A DNA stretch of 64,000 bases from Candidatus Velthaea sp. (GTDB taxonomy: Bacteria; Vulcanimicrobiota; Vulcanimicrobiia; Vulcanimicrobiales; Vulcanimicrobiaceae). The stretch covers positions 17,791-81,790 of the forward strand of contig CBDCCS010000015.1 of NCBI GenBank assembly GCA_965214935.1, read 5' to 3'. A program made the position numbers and the translations under genes. This document shows positions 46,644 through 56,050 of the stretch, one piece after another; positions within the stretch are counted from its first letter, which is position 1, and the number at the start of each line of letters is the position of its first letter. The notes under the pieces were generated by a model, which had not been told where the DNA came from, ran no database searches, and was given only the letters and a program-made list of their open reading frames with translations.

Positions 46644-48713
46644 ATGCAGCGCGGCGCATCGAGTGGGCAGTTGGGAGCTGCGAACCAGAGATCACGGATG
46701 GGCACGATGCTCGTGCTCGTCGAGCGGTGCGCTTGCACCGGGCTTGCCGTTCTGCTGCTCGTTTCCGGAGTCTTCGCCTTGTTTTCGGCCGGCACGACGC
46801 GCTCGGCCTTGCAAGCCGTCGCGGTGGCGAACGGCTTGAACGACCGCTATCAGGAAGCGCGCTACGCCGTCGGCGCCGAAGAATCGCTCGAACGCAAATA
46901 CCGGCTCGAGCCGAGCGCCGAGGTGCGCGGCGAACACCATCGCGCGGAAATTGCATTGGCTCGAGCGATCGGCGATTCGGGTAGGCTCGGCACGCCCGAA
47001 GACAGCCGGCGCAATGCCGCGATCTTGCGCGTTCACGAACGCTACGTCCGGGCAACGGCTGCAATGTTCGATGCCGTCGATGCGGGCCGGCCGGACCGTG
47101 CATTATTTTTAGATCATACGTCGATCGACCCGGTCTTTGATTTCGTTCAACGCAACGTTTTCGCGCGTGCCGCGCAACAACGCGTCAATACCAACACCAT
47201 CCTGAGCCGCCTGCACGCACTTCAACGCGCATTGATCGCAACCTCGATCGTGCTGGCCGTCCTTACACTTAGTTGTTTTTTTTCATATACGGCCGTGCTC
47301 GGTATTTATAAGCGGCGATTGCAAGAAGCACATCGCCAAGAACTCGAACAGCTCTCGAAGGCGGCGCTCACCGATCATCTTACCGGCGTCGGCAATCATC
47401 GGGCCTATAAAGAAGAACTCGAGCGCCAGCTTTCCCTTGCGGCACGTCATGGCGAAACAATCGCTCTCGCGTTACTCGATATCGACGAAATGAAGCTCAT
47501 CAACGACCAGAATGGGCACGTGTTCGGCGACCGGGTGCTCGTTGCGCTCGGCGTGTTGCTTGCCGGTTTACGCACCGAAGATCGCGCATTTCGTTTAGGT
47601 GGCGATGAATTCGGCGTATTACTTCCGCTGACATCGGCGCAGTCGGCGCATGTGTTGATGGAGCGCTTACGCAAATCCGCCGAGCATGCACTCTCGGGAG
47701 CAACGTTGAGCATCGGCATCGCGGCGCTTGGCGGAGACGATGCCGAGGCATTGCACGCACAAGCCGATGCGGCATTGTATTCTGCCAAACGAGCCGGCCG
47801 CAACGGCTGCGTCGTCTTTGACGCCGCGGCGGACGATATGTGGCTGCTGTCGCCCAGCCGAGTCCGGCAGCTGCGCGATCTCATCACCGATGAAGCGGTC
47901 AGCATCGCCTTTCAACCGATTTGGGATATCGCCGAGTGTACGATTCTGGCCTACGAAGCACTCGCCCGACCGGCGCCGGGGTACGGCTTTGCCGGACCGC
48001 AAGATGCCTTCGATCTTGCCGAACGCGTCGGCCGGGGACATGAGATCGATGCCGTCTGCGTGCGCGCGGTTTTGGCGCGCGCGAACGACCTCCCGCAAGG
48101 TGCGTTGCTCTTTATCAATATGACACCGCAGTCACTCGACCACGGTCATCTCAACGTGCCGGAATTCGTCGCGCAAGTGCAGGCCGCCGGACTAGCTCCG
48201 GAGCGCATTGTCATTGAAATCACGGAACGCTCGATTGCCAATCTCAACGTTGTCGTAGCGGTCGCAAAGGAACTTCAAGCCGCGGGTTTCGGGCTGGCGC
48301 TCGACGATACGGGTGCCGGAAACGCCGGCTTGGAGATGCTCAGCCGGCTCGCCGTCGAGTATGTCAAAATCGATCGCGCCATCGTCGTCCAAGCATTGAC
48401 CGACCGTACCGCGCGCGGCGTTATGGCCGGGATTGTCGCAATCGCAAAAGCGACCGGCGCCTATGTCATCGCCGAGGGAATCGAAGATACCGCGATGCTC
48501 GATCTTGCGTGCGGACAAGAATTCGAGAGCCTGGTCCAGCATCGCAGCGTGCGCGGCGTTCAGGGCTATCTCTTGCAGCGCCCGACGCAACAGATCGTGG
48601 CGCTGAACGATGCGAGCGAGTCGTGCTTACTTTTTCAGCAAGCCGCGGCGCGATACCGCACCGGCGGACGGCCGATCGTCGTTGACGAACCGGTTCCCGC
48701 CGGCCACTGCTAA
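46644..48713 (+). CDS. Membrane-bound diguanylate cyclase/phosphodiesterase (GGDEF-EAL)
   Basis: Two TMs flanking a helical sensor; DHLTG, RLGGDEF, YEALAR, EITE, LDDTGAG, KIDR and QGY. Confidence 0.92.
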   Translation: MQRGASSGQLGAANQRSRMGTMLVLVERCACTGLAVLLLVSGVFALFSAGTTRSALQAVAVANGLNDRYQEARYAVGAEESLERKYRLEPSAEVRGEHHRAEIALARAIGDSGRLGTPEDSRRNAAILRVHERYVRATAAMFDAVDAGRPDRALFLDHTSIDPVFDFVQRNVFARAAQQRVNTNTILSRLHALQRALIATSIVLAVLTLSCFFSYTAVLGIYKRRLQEAHRQELEQLSKAALTDHLTGVGNHRAYKEELERQLSLAARHGETIALALLDIDEMKLINDQNGHVFGDRVLVALGVLLAGLRTEDRAFRLGGDEFGVLLPLTSAQSAHVLMERLRKSAEHALSGATLSIGIAALGGDDAEALHAQADAALYSAKRAGRNGCVVFDAAADDMWLLSPSRVRQLRDLITDEAVSIAFQPIWDIAECTILAYEALARPAPGYGFAGPQDAFDLAERVGRGHEIDAVCVRAVLARANDLPQGALLFINMTPQSLDHGHLNVPEFVAQVQAAGLAPERIVIEITERSIANLNVVVAVAKELQAAGFGLALDDTGAGNAGLEMLSRLAVEYVKIDRAIVVQALTDRTARGVMAGIVAIAKATGAYVIAEGIEDTAMLDLACGQEFESLVQHRSVRGVQGYLLQRPTQQIVALNDASESCLLFQQAAARYRTGGRPIVVDEPVPAGHC

Positions 48714-48765
48714 TCGCCGGGGAATCCGTGAATAACTACGGTATCGGGCTGAACGCGATCGCTGG

Positions 48766-49050
48766 TTACCAGTCGCCCATGCGTTCTTCATCGACATCGC
48801 CTTCGAAGACGATCGTGCCCGGCGCGAAAACGGCGCTTTCGAGCGGAATGCCGGCGTAAAACAACCGCCGTGAGAGCGCATCATCCGACGAGCGCGCATA
48901 CATGGCCGCAAAGCGTCGTAAAACGTTCGGAGCGCACAGCACGCGCTGCGGTAAGACGTGATACAGCCGGCGGAAACCGCTTAATGCCGCCTCGAACGCC
49001 GCCCGATCGAACTCATCGGGCAGCGCGGCCTCCCAGCGAACGCGTTCCAG
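48766..49050 (-). CDS. Small hypothetical protein
   Basis: LERVRWEAALPDEFDR...GTIVFEGDVDEERMGDW; AAGAGG RBS precedes CTG at 49050. Confidence 0.55.
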   Translation of the reverse strand: MERVRWEAALPDEFDRAAFEAALSGFRRLYHVLPQRVLCAPNVLRRFAAMYARSSDDALSRRLFYAGIPLESAVFAPGTIVFEGDVDEERMGDW

Positions 49051-49084
49051 GGTCGCCTCTTTAGCCGCCCGAACGCAGCGGCCG

Positions 49085-49951
49085 ATGGCAGCGCTGATTC
49101 TCGATGGCCGCGCACTTGCAAGCGAATTGCGCGACGATCTTCGGCGGCGCACAGCAACGCTGCGCGACGCCGCTTGCATCCCGCGGCTCGTCGTCGTGAT
49201 CGTGGGCGAAGATGCCGCATCGCTGGCCTACGTTAAAAGCCTGAACGGTGCCGGCAGTGCGGTGGGCGTCGACGTCGGCGTCGACGCACTCGCCGCCGAT
49301 GCGACCGAAACGGCGGTACGCTCGCGCTTGATGGAGTACGGCAGCGCGCCGAACGTTCATGGTATTATTCTGCAGCAACCGTTGCCGATGCACCTCGCCA
49401 TCCGCCGCATCGCCGACGCAATGCCGCCGCACAAAGATGTCGACGGCGCAAATCCGGTCAATCAAGGCCGGCTCGCGTTCGGCAGCGGCGCCGACTTTAT
49501 CCCGGCGACGCCGGCAGCCGTAATGCTGCTGCTCGAACGCAGCCCGCATGCCGACCTACGCGGCGTCCGTGCGTGCATCGTCGGTCGCTCGAATGTCGTC
49601 GGGCTGCCGGTAACGTTACTTCTCATGGCCGCGGACGCCACCGTTACGTCGACGCACCGCTTGAGCCGCGATTTTGCGCGGCATACACGCGAGGCCGAGG
49701 TTCTCGTCGTAGCGGCCGGCGTTCCAGGTCTCATTCGCGCCGGGATGGTGATGCCGGGTGCGACCGTTATCGACGTCGGCACAACATTCGTCGACGGCAA
49801 AATTGTCGGTGATGTCGCATTTGCCGAAGTTGCCGCCGTAGCGGGGGCAATCACACCGGTTCCCGGCGGAGTCGGGCCGGTCACGAACGTCGCGCTCATG
49901 CGTAACGTCGTCGCGGCCGCCGAACGGCAAACCGCACGAGTGTTAATTTAA
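49085..49951 (+). CDS. folD: Methylenetetrahydrofolate dehydrogenase/cyclohydrolase
   Basis: HGIILQQPLP, KDVDG, VGRSNVVG, VIDVG and TPVPGGVGP. Confidence 0.95.
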   Translation: MAALILDGRALASELRDDLRRRTATLRDAACIPRLVVVIVGEDAASLAYVKSLNGAGSAVGVDVGVDALAADATETAVRSRLMEYGSAPNVHGIILQQPLPMHLAIRRIADAMPPHKDVDGANPVNQGRLAFGSGADFIPATPAAVMLLLERSPHADLRGVRACIVGRSNVVGLPVTLLLMAADATVTSTHRLSRDFARHTREAEVLVVAAGVPGLIRAGMVMPGATVIDVGTTFVDGKIVGDVAFAEVAAVAGAITPVPGGVGPVTNVALMRNVVAAAERQTARVLI

Positions 49952-50653
49952 GCTAAAATGCTTACCGAAGAACTGTTCCTGATGCGTGCGGAACGTGCCG
50001 CCGGGCGCGTCGTCGCGTTCGGCCGGCTCTTGTTCGGCCTTGCGCTCGAGCAACGTACGCAACTGCGGCAACAGCCGGCGCAAGAAGCCTAACTCGACGG
50101 TCAGACGTTGTTGCGTGTTCGAAAGCTCGAGCAGACGCTGCTTCATCGTGTCGGCAACTTGCAGTGCATCACCGATGAGAAACGACGCGTCGACCGGATC
50201 GGCCGGTACGTCGATATCGGCCGAGGTGCCCGAGAACTCGACGAGCAGACGCAGATATTCGCGAAATTCATCACGCACTTCGGCCGACAGTTCGACGATC
50301 GCATTTCGATCCTCGAACTCTTCTTCGAGATACTCGACGTCGACGAGCAAATACGGTTCGCGCGCAACCACATCGCGAATTTTAAACCGCCGGCGCCCGG
50401 TCGTGCTGATGTAATAACGGCCGGCGGGTAACGGCGTGACATCGCAGATCTCCGCAGTCGTGCCGATCTCGTGCGGCATGACGTCCGAATCACCGGCTTC
50501 TTCGCCTTCGCGAATGAGAACGACCCCGAACGCCTCGTTGCTATCGAGACATTCGGAGATCATTTGGCGGTACCGCGGCTCGAACACGTGCAGGTTGAGA
50601 ATCGCACCCGGAAACAGCACCGTGTTGAGCGGAAAAAGCCGCAGCTGCTGCAT
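49943..50653 (-). CDS. LON peptidase substrate-binding domain protein (stand-alone)
   Basis: LFPLNTVLFPG...LHVFEPRY. Confidence 0.88.
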   Translation of the reverse strand: MQQLRLFPLNTVLFPGAILNLHVFEPRYRQMISECLDSNEAFGVVLIREGEEAGDSDVMPHEIGTTAEICDVTPLPAGRYYISTTGRRRFKIRDVVAREPYLLVDVEYLEEEFEDRNAIVELSAEVRDEFREYLRLLVEFSGTSADIDVPADPVDASFLIGDALQVADTMKQRLLELSNTQQRLTVELGFLRRLLPQLRTLLERKAEQEPAERDDAPGGTFRTHQEQFFGKHFSLN

Positions 50654-50673
50654 TACCGCCACCGTAATTGCGC

Positions 50674-51294
50674 CTACCGTCCGGCCGTCGGCGCCGTCAG
50701 TCGCGACTCGACACACGACCAGTCGATGTTGGCGAAAAACGACTCGATGTATTTAGGCCGGTCCGCCGGTTTGTAATCCAGCAGAAACGCATGCTCCCAA
50801 GCGTCCATGACGAGAATCGGATTGAAGCCGGCAATGTTGCCGTCTTCATGCAGCGTCACCCAGTGATTCGAGATGCGCCCCGTCCACGGGTCCTGATAGG
50901 CGATTGCCCAGCCGACGCCGCGCATCGCGCCCGTCGCCGTGAAGTCTTTCTTCCATGTGTCGAAATCGCCGAAGCTTGCCGACAGCGCCTCAGAAACGCT
51001 TGCACTCGGCGCGCTACCGGCACTTTTGGTCATATTGTCGAAGTAGTACTCGTGCAGCCGCATTCCATTATATTCGAAGCCGAGACGCCGGGTTAATTCC
51101 GAAAAGTGCGGGTTTGCGCCGGCAGCGGTACCGGCCTTAATTTGTTCGGAAATCTGCTCGTTGAGCAAATTGGTATTTTTGACATAACCTTCGTACAGAC
51201 CGAAATGCACCTGCAATGTCTGGTCCGAGATGCCTTGCAAACCGGCGAGATCGAACGTTTTCGCCGTGTATGATTGCTGAGTGAGGGTTGCCAC
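50674..51294 (-). CDS. Fe/Mn superoxide dismutase family protein
   Basis: H..LY.GYV, LHEYYF, GVGWA and MDAWEHAF; AGGAGG RBS + GTG. Confidence 0.9.
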   Translation of the reverse strand: MATLTQQSYTAKTFDLAGLQGISDQTLQVHFGLYEGYVKNTNLLNEQISEQIKAGTAAGANPHFSELTRRLGFEYNGMRLHEYYFDNMTKSAGSAPSASVSEALSASFGDFDTWKKDFTATGAMRGVGWAIAYQDPWTGRISNHWVTLHEDGNIAGFNPILVMDAWEHAFLLDYKPADRPKYIESFFANIDWSCVESRLTAPTAGR

Positions 51295-51448
51295 CTGAGC
51301 CTCCTACGCTTTGCACTAGAGTCTGCGCCGCTTCTTGGACGACGTGAGTTCGACGACGCGTGCATGACCCCCGGGTCTTTCACCGGTTCGGCAATGTATA
51401 CCGTGCCGGGCAGGTTCCCGCTTTGCGCAGGCGGCAAACATACGAATC

Positions 51449-52075
51449 GTGGGTGACTTGTCTTATCTCACGCGACTCCACCGTGAGCCGTCACCGTTGC
51501 TTCTCGAACTCGAACAGCAATCGACGTACGACGGAATTCCAAGTATCGGACGCGCATCGGGCCGGCTGCTATCGACGCTCGTACATGCGATGATGGCAAA
51601 CCGGGTGCTCGAAATCGGTACGGCGTACGGGTATTCCACATTGTGGATGGCGCTCGCTCTGCCGCCGGCAGGTCACATTTGGACGATCGATCCGAATGTC
51701 GAGCGAACTGAAGTCGCACGGACGTATCTCGAACGCGCCGGCGTCGGCGGCAAAGTCGACATCATCAATCAACCGGCGCTCGAAGTGCTTGAAATGTGGT
51801 CGCAGCGCAATCTCGATATTATCTTCATCGATGCCGATGAAACCGAATACGCCGATTATCTTGCACTCGCAATCCCGATGATCAAGCGATCCGGACTTAT
51901 CGTGGTGGACAATCTGCTGGCGGCCGGTGAAGCCGGCGCCGAAGCTGCGTCGCGCGACGGCATCCCGTTGCGGGCGATTCGGGAGTTCAATAAACTGTTT
52001 CTCAATCATCCGCAACTCGATGCGACAATCGTGCCGATCGGCGACGGGATCGGTATCGGTGCCCGTATCGAGTGA
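51449..52075 (+). CDS. Cation-dependent O-methyltransferase (Methyltransf_3)
   Basis: LEIGTAYGYST, FIDAD and VVDN. Confidence 0.88.
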   Translation: MGDLSYLTRLHREPSPLLLELEQQSTYDGIPSIGRASGRLLSTLVHAMMANRVLEIGTAYGYSTLWMALALPPAGHIWTIDPNVERTEVARTYLERAGVGGKVDIINQPALEVLEMWSQRNLDIIFIDADETEYADYLALAIPMIKRSGLIVVDNLLAAGEAGAEAASRDGIPLRAIREFNKLFLNHPQLDATIVPIGDGIGIGARIE

Positions 52076-52538
52076 TGCGTTCCGAGCCGCGCTGCGACGC
52101 TTCGCTACCGGCGTTGCGGTCGTAACGACGACGCTCGACGAACGCATCCATGGATTCACCGTCAACGCATTTGCAAGCGTTAGTGCCGAACCGCCGACCG
52201 TCCTCATTTGCGTCAACCGGACGGCACGAGCTCACGCGCTCATCGCCGCCTCACAGCGCTTCTGCGTCAACATTTTGGCCGCCGAGCAACAAGCCTTGGC
52301 CGAACAATTTGCCGACCGCGAACCACAGATGCGCTTCGACGGTGTCGTCTACGGGTTCGGTCCGAGCGGGTCGCCGGTGCTCGCCGGCACACTGGCGCAT
52401 GTCGATTGTACGTTAGGCGCCGAGCTAACGTCCGGGACGCATACGATCTTCCTCGGCAGCGTCATCGAGGCGGAGGAGCGTGACGGCGCGCCGCTGGGCT
52501 ATTACGATCGGCGCTACCGTAACTTCGGCCCGATCTAA
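52059..52538 (+). CDS. Flavin reductase family protein
   Basis: FR.AL.RFATGVAVVT, GFTVNAF.SVS.EPP and GTHTIFLG.V. Confidence 0.9.
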   Translation: MPVSSDAFRAALRRFATGVAVVTTTLDERIHGFTVNAFASVSAEPPTVLICVNRTARAHALIAASQRFCVNILAAEQQALAEQFADREPQMRFDGVVYGFGPSGSPVLAGTLAHVDCTLGAELTSGTHTIFLGSVIEAEERDGAPLGYYDRRYRNFGPI

Positions 52539-52562
52539 CGCGGACCGGCGCACGCGTAAATG

Positions 52563-53096
52563 CTAGTGAAGCCGGATCGTTACCATGCCGGCATCGCTAA
52601 CAACTTTGGGAGCAGCGTCTTGCGCTTCATCCTGCGACGTGCGGCCGGTTCCCGGCAAATCGGCTAAGGCAACGGCAGCCGCGACCGCGTGCGCCTTTTC
52701 GAGCATATCGTCGGTAATTTTACCGGCGGCGCGCTTGGTGCGGTAATCGTCGATCGCAGTCCGTAATGCGATCCGCGAACGTTCCGGGTAATCTTTTTTC
52801 TTTTCGGGATAGCCGCCCAGCGCGCTCATGATATCCTCGTCGCTGATCGCTAAGGCTTGATCGATCGTTTTGCCGCGAGCAAGCTCGACGAGCAACGAAC
52901 ACGTTGCCGTACCGAAACCGCAACCGGTCGTAAAGTACGAAATGTCTTCGATCCGTTCGCCGGGTCCGATCTTGAGATAGTACGTGTACATGTCGCCGCA
53001 AGAATCGGAGAAGTACTCGCCGCTTGCCATCGCGTCGTCCATCGTACGAAAGCCGGTCCGCTTTTCAACCAGGTTCTGAAATTTCGCGAAATCCAC
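52563..53096 (-). CDS. IscU/NifU-N-like Fe-S scaffold, atypical
   Basis: SCGD and TGCG motifs, GKTIDQA; the third-Cys region reads KKKDYP. Confidence 0.78.
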   Translation of the reverse strand: MDFAKFQNLVEKRTGFRTMDDAMASGEYFSDSCGDMYTYYLKIGPGERIEDISYFTTGCGFGTATCSLLVELARGKTIDQALAISDEDIMSALGGYPEKKKDYPERSRIALRTAIDDYRTKRAAGKITDDMLEKAHAVAAAVALADLPGTGRTSQDEAQDAAPKVVSDAGMVTIRLH

Positions 53097-53779
53097 TAAT
53101 GGTCTCCTAAATCGCGGCCGGCCGGAACCGCGCGTCGGCCGGCCGAACCGGCAGTTGTCGTAATTTCGAACCGGCACTCAGTGCCGCCGGTTGCGAGCGA
53201 GGCGGTCTGCATTACTTCCGGGGCAACGACGTCTTGCATGACCGAATGAATGACGCCGCAGATCTCCGGATGCTCGCCGACCGTTTGCGAAAACGGGCAA
53301 TTGTGTTCGCGGATCGTGTAGCCGGATAGCGTCTCTTCCGCTTCCGCTTCAACCCCCGAAGCGCGCAGCATCGTCGTCAACGCCGCTACACGCTCGGCTA
53401 CAGGCTGCTCGCCAAGCCGTGCGTTGAGGCGTTGCGCCTGGCGCCGGCTCATCGACGTAAAGATCGCCTTGACCGCTTCGTCGCCGCCGGTGGCGCGCAC
53501 TTCGCGCAAAACGGCGTTAAGCATACGATCGTAACGCTGTGGAAAGTACCGGTCGGCAGCGGCGGTCAACCGAAATTCTACCGTCGGCTTCGTCTTTCCG
53601 CGACGCACGCTAACACCACTGACGAAGCCGTCACGTTCGAGTAAGATCAATTGCTGTCGAATCGCGTTCGGTGAGAGCCCGAACTCGGCGGCTAAGTCGG
53701 CCGCCGAGGCACCCCGCCGCGTCCGTAACGCGGCGACGATCCTCCCGCGCGCCGACTCGAAAAACCGGTCACCGTGCAT
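53096..53779 (-). CDS. sufR: SufR-like helix-turn-helix transcriptional regulator
   Basis: N-terminal HTH; FPQRY; EHNCP...C...C C-terminus; divergent from sufC. Confidence 0.78.
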   Translation of the reverse strand: MHGDRFFESARGRIVAALRTRRGASAADLAAEFGLSPNAIRQQLILLERDGFVSGVSVRRGKTKPTVEFRLTAAADRYFPQRYDRMLNAVLREVRATGGDEAVKAIFTSMSRRQAQRLNARLGEQPVAERVAALTTMLRASGVEAEAEETLSGYTIREHNCPFSQTVGEHPEICGVIHSVMQDVVAPEVMQTASLATGGTECRFEITTTAGSAGRRAVPAGRDLGDH

Positions 53780-53804
53780 ACATGCAGCCTAGCATTCGCC
53801 GCAT

Positions 53805-53851
53805 AGAAAGTCCAGACTTTCCTTGACTTTCTCGCCGCTCGAAGCTACCAT
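53805..53851 (+). promoter_or_regulatory. sigma70 promoter of sufC with overlapping inverted-repeat operator
   Basis: TTGACT (53823-53828), 17 bp spacer, TACCAT (53846-53851); inverted repeat AGAAAGTCCAG-N6-CTTGACTTTCT (53805-53832). Confidence 0.7.
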
Positions 53852-53925
53852 CGTTGTCGTTACCGCGCCTTTACCTGCTGTAATCGGCCAGCCGACGGCG
53901 TCAAAACGAGCGCGAAGGAGCAAGA

Positions 53926-54690
53926 TTGAGTCTAGAAGTTAGCGGTTTGCACGTGGCAGTCGAAGGCAAAGAAATCCTCAAAGGCATCGACCTCACGGTC
54001 GAAGCCGGTAAGGTGCATGCGCTTATGGGACCCAACGGCAGCGGAAAATCGACGCTCGCTTTTTCGATGAGCGGTCATCCGAACTATCACGTTCTGTCCG
54101 GCTCCGTCCGACTCGACGGTCAAGAGCTGCTCGATTTGGGACCCGACAAACGCGCCAAAGCCGGCTTGTTCCTGTCGTTTCAATATCCGGCCGCAATTCC
54201 GGGCGTGTCGGTAGCGAATTTCATTCGCACCGCACGCATGGCGGTTCAACCCGACGATTTGCCGCCGGCGAAATTTCGCCAGATGATTTTCGAGCAGCTC
54301 GACGTGTTGGATATGGATCCGGCGTTCCTATCACGCTACGTGAACGACGGCTTTTCCGGCGGTGAAAAGAAACGCTTGGAGATGCTGCAACTAGCGATGC
54401 TGCGACCGAAATACGCCGTGCTCGACGAGACGGATTCGGGGCTCGACGTCGATGCGTTGCAGTCGGTCGGCCGGTCGGTCAATGCGCTGCGCGCGACGGA
54501 CGCCGGGATGAAATCGGCGTTCTTGATCATCACGCACTATCCGCGAATCCTCAGCTATCTGCCCGCCGACGTGGTTCACATCATGATGGACGGCCGGATC
54601 GTGAAAAGCGGCGGTCCGGAATTGGCGAATCAGATCGAACGCGAAGGGTACGACCGAATCCGTGACGAGGTTGCAGCCGGCGTTGCCTAG
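53926..54690 (+). CDS. sufC: Fe-S cluster assembly ATPase SufC
   Basis: MGPNGSGKST, FQYP, FSGGEKKR and LDETDSGLD. Confidence 0.95.
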   Translation: MSLEVSGLHVAVEGKEILKGIDLTVEAGKVHALMGPNGSGKSTLAFSMSGHPNYHVLSGSVRLDGQELLDLGPDKRAKAGLFLSFQYPAAIPGVSVANFIRTARMAVQPDDLPPAKFRQMIFEQLDVLDMDPAFLSRYVNDGFSGGEKKRLEMLQLAMLRPKYAVLDETDSGLDVDALQSVGRSVNALRATDAGMKSAFLIITHYPRILSYLPADVVHIMMDGRIVKSGGPELANQIEREGYDRIRDEVAAGVA

Positions 54691-56050
54691 CATCACCGTT
54701 CCATCCGTCGTGCCGTTCGCACCGACGGTTGCCGTGCTTGATTCCGCGCTTGCGGTACTCGATGCCGCCGGCCACGATTCCGGCAGCGCAATCGACACGG
54801 CGACGCGCCGCTCGGCTTTTGCCGCTTACGAGCACTTGCCCATCCCCGGAGGCTATCCGGGGCGCGCGTGGCGCTACGATTATGCGAAGCTGCCCTTCAG
54901 CGGTCTGCGCTGGTCATCGAGCCGCCGTGCCGTCACGACGATTCCGCTTCAAGCCGCCGACGATCCGCACGTCGATCGTCCGGCGCTTCAAACCGACTGC
55001 GCCGGCGGTATAGCACACCTCGGTTCGACGCTGCTCGACGCACCGTCGAACGCACCGGCCCATCCGAAGCTCATCGTCTGTTCGCTTGCCGAGGCGCGGC
55101 GCGATTATCCGGAGTTGCTCGAATCGGTTCTGCATCGCATCGTCGATCCGCAGGCGGACCGTTTTACCGCGCTTGCTACCGCGTTTCAAAACTGCGGGGC
55201 CTTCGTGTACGTCCCGGACGGTGTCGTCATCGACAGTCCGATTCAATTATTGTTCCTTAACAGCGAAGCCGAAGCCGCCGCGGTCCTTCCGCATATCGTC
55301 GTGATCCTCGGTGCCGGCGCACGTGCGACGGTGATCGAACGTTACGCCGGTGAAGGTGATGCGTTTGTGTGCGGTATCGTTGAAGCGCATGTCGGCGTAA
55401 ACGCGATTCTCGATATCGTGACCGTTCAGCAGAGCGACGCCGAGACGCGAATATTCAGCACGCGCGCCGCAAAGTGCGAGCGCGATGCAACGATGCGTTG
55501 GCATCTTGCCGAACTGGGCGGCGGGCTTGCACGTACGGTCGTCGCGACGCAACTCAGCGACACCGGAGCGCGCGGCGAAGTTTCGGCACTGTTCTTCACC
55601 GGTGGCATGCAGCACGTCGACCTGTCGATTCATACCGATCACACGGTCGGCCAGACCACGTCCAACACCGTCGTTCGCAGCGCGGCGACCGATCGCGGGC
55701 AAGGCCGCTTTTTCGGGAACATCGCGATTCGCAAACATTCGCACGGCAGCGACGCGTCGTTACGCGACGATGTGCTGTTGCTCTCGAAAACCGCGCACAT
55801 CGACTCGGTTCCGGCGCTCGAGATTGCCGCCAACGACGTAAAAGCTTTTCACGGTGCAACGGTCGGTTCCGTCGACGAAGAGCAGTTGTTTTACGCCCGC
55901 AGTCGCGGTATCGGACGTGCTGATGCGCTGCGCATGATCGCGCTCGGATTCTTCGAGCCGGTCGTTGCGCGCTTTCCCGGCGAACGGTTGCGCGACGAGA
56001 TTCGGACGTCGCTCGACAGTAAGATCGACGCCGCGACGGAGATCGATTGA
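54662..56050 (+). CDS. sufD: SufB/SufD family protein, SufD-type
   Basis: WRY, GAFVYVP, PALEIAANDVKAFHGATVG, LFYARSRG and GFF; lacks SufB hallmarks. Confidence 0.85.
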   Translation: MTRLQPALPSITVPSVVPFAPTVAVLDSALAVLDAAGHDSGSAIDTATRRSAFAAYEHLPIPGGYPGRAWRYDYAKLPFSGLRWSSSRRAVTTIPLQAADDPHVDRPALQTDCAGGIAHLGSTLLDAPSNAPAHPKLIVCSLAEARRDYPELLESVLHRIVDPQADRFTALATAFQNCGAFVYVPDGVVIDSPIQLLFLNSEAEAAAVLPHIVVILGAGARATVIERYAGEGDAFVCGIVEAHVGVNAILDIVTVQQSDAETRIFSTRAAKCERDATMRWHLAELGGGLARTVVATQLSDTGARGEVSALFFTGGMQHVDLSIHTDHTVGQTTSNTVVRSAATDRGQGRFFGNIAIRKHSHGSDASLRDDVLLLSKTAHIDSVPALEIAANDVKAFHGATVGSVDEEQLFYARSRGIGRADALRMIALGFFEPVVARFPGERLRDEIRTSLDSKIDAATEID

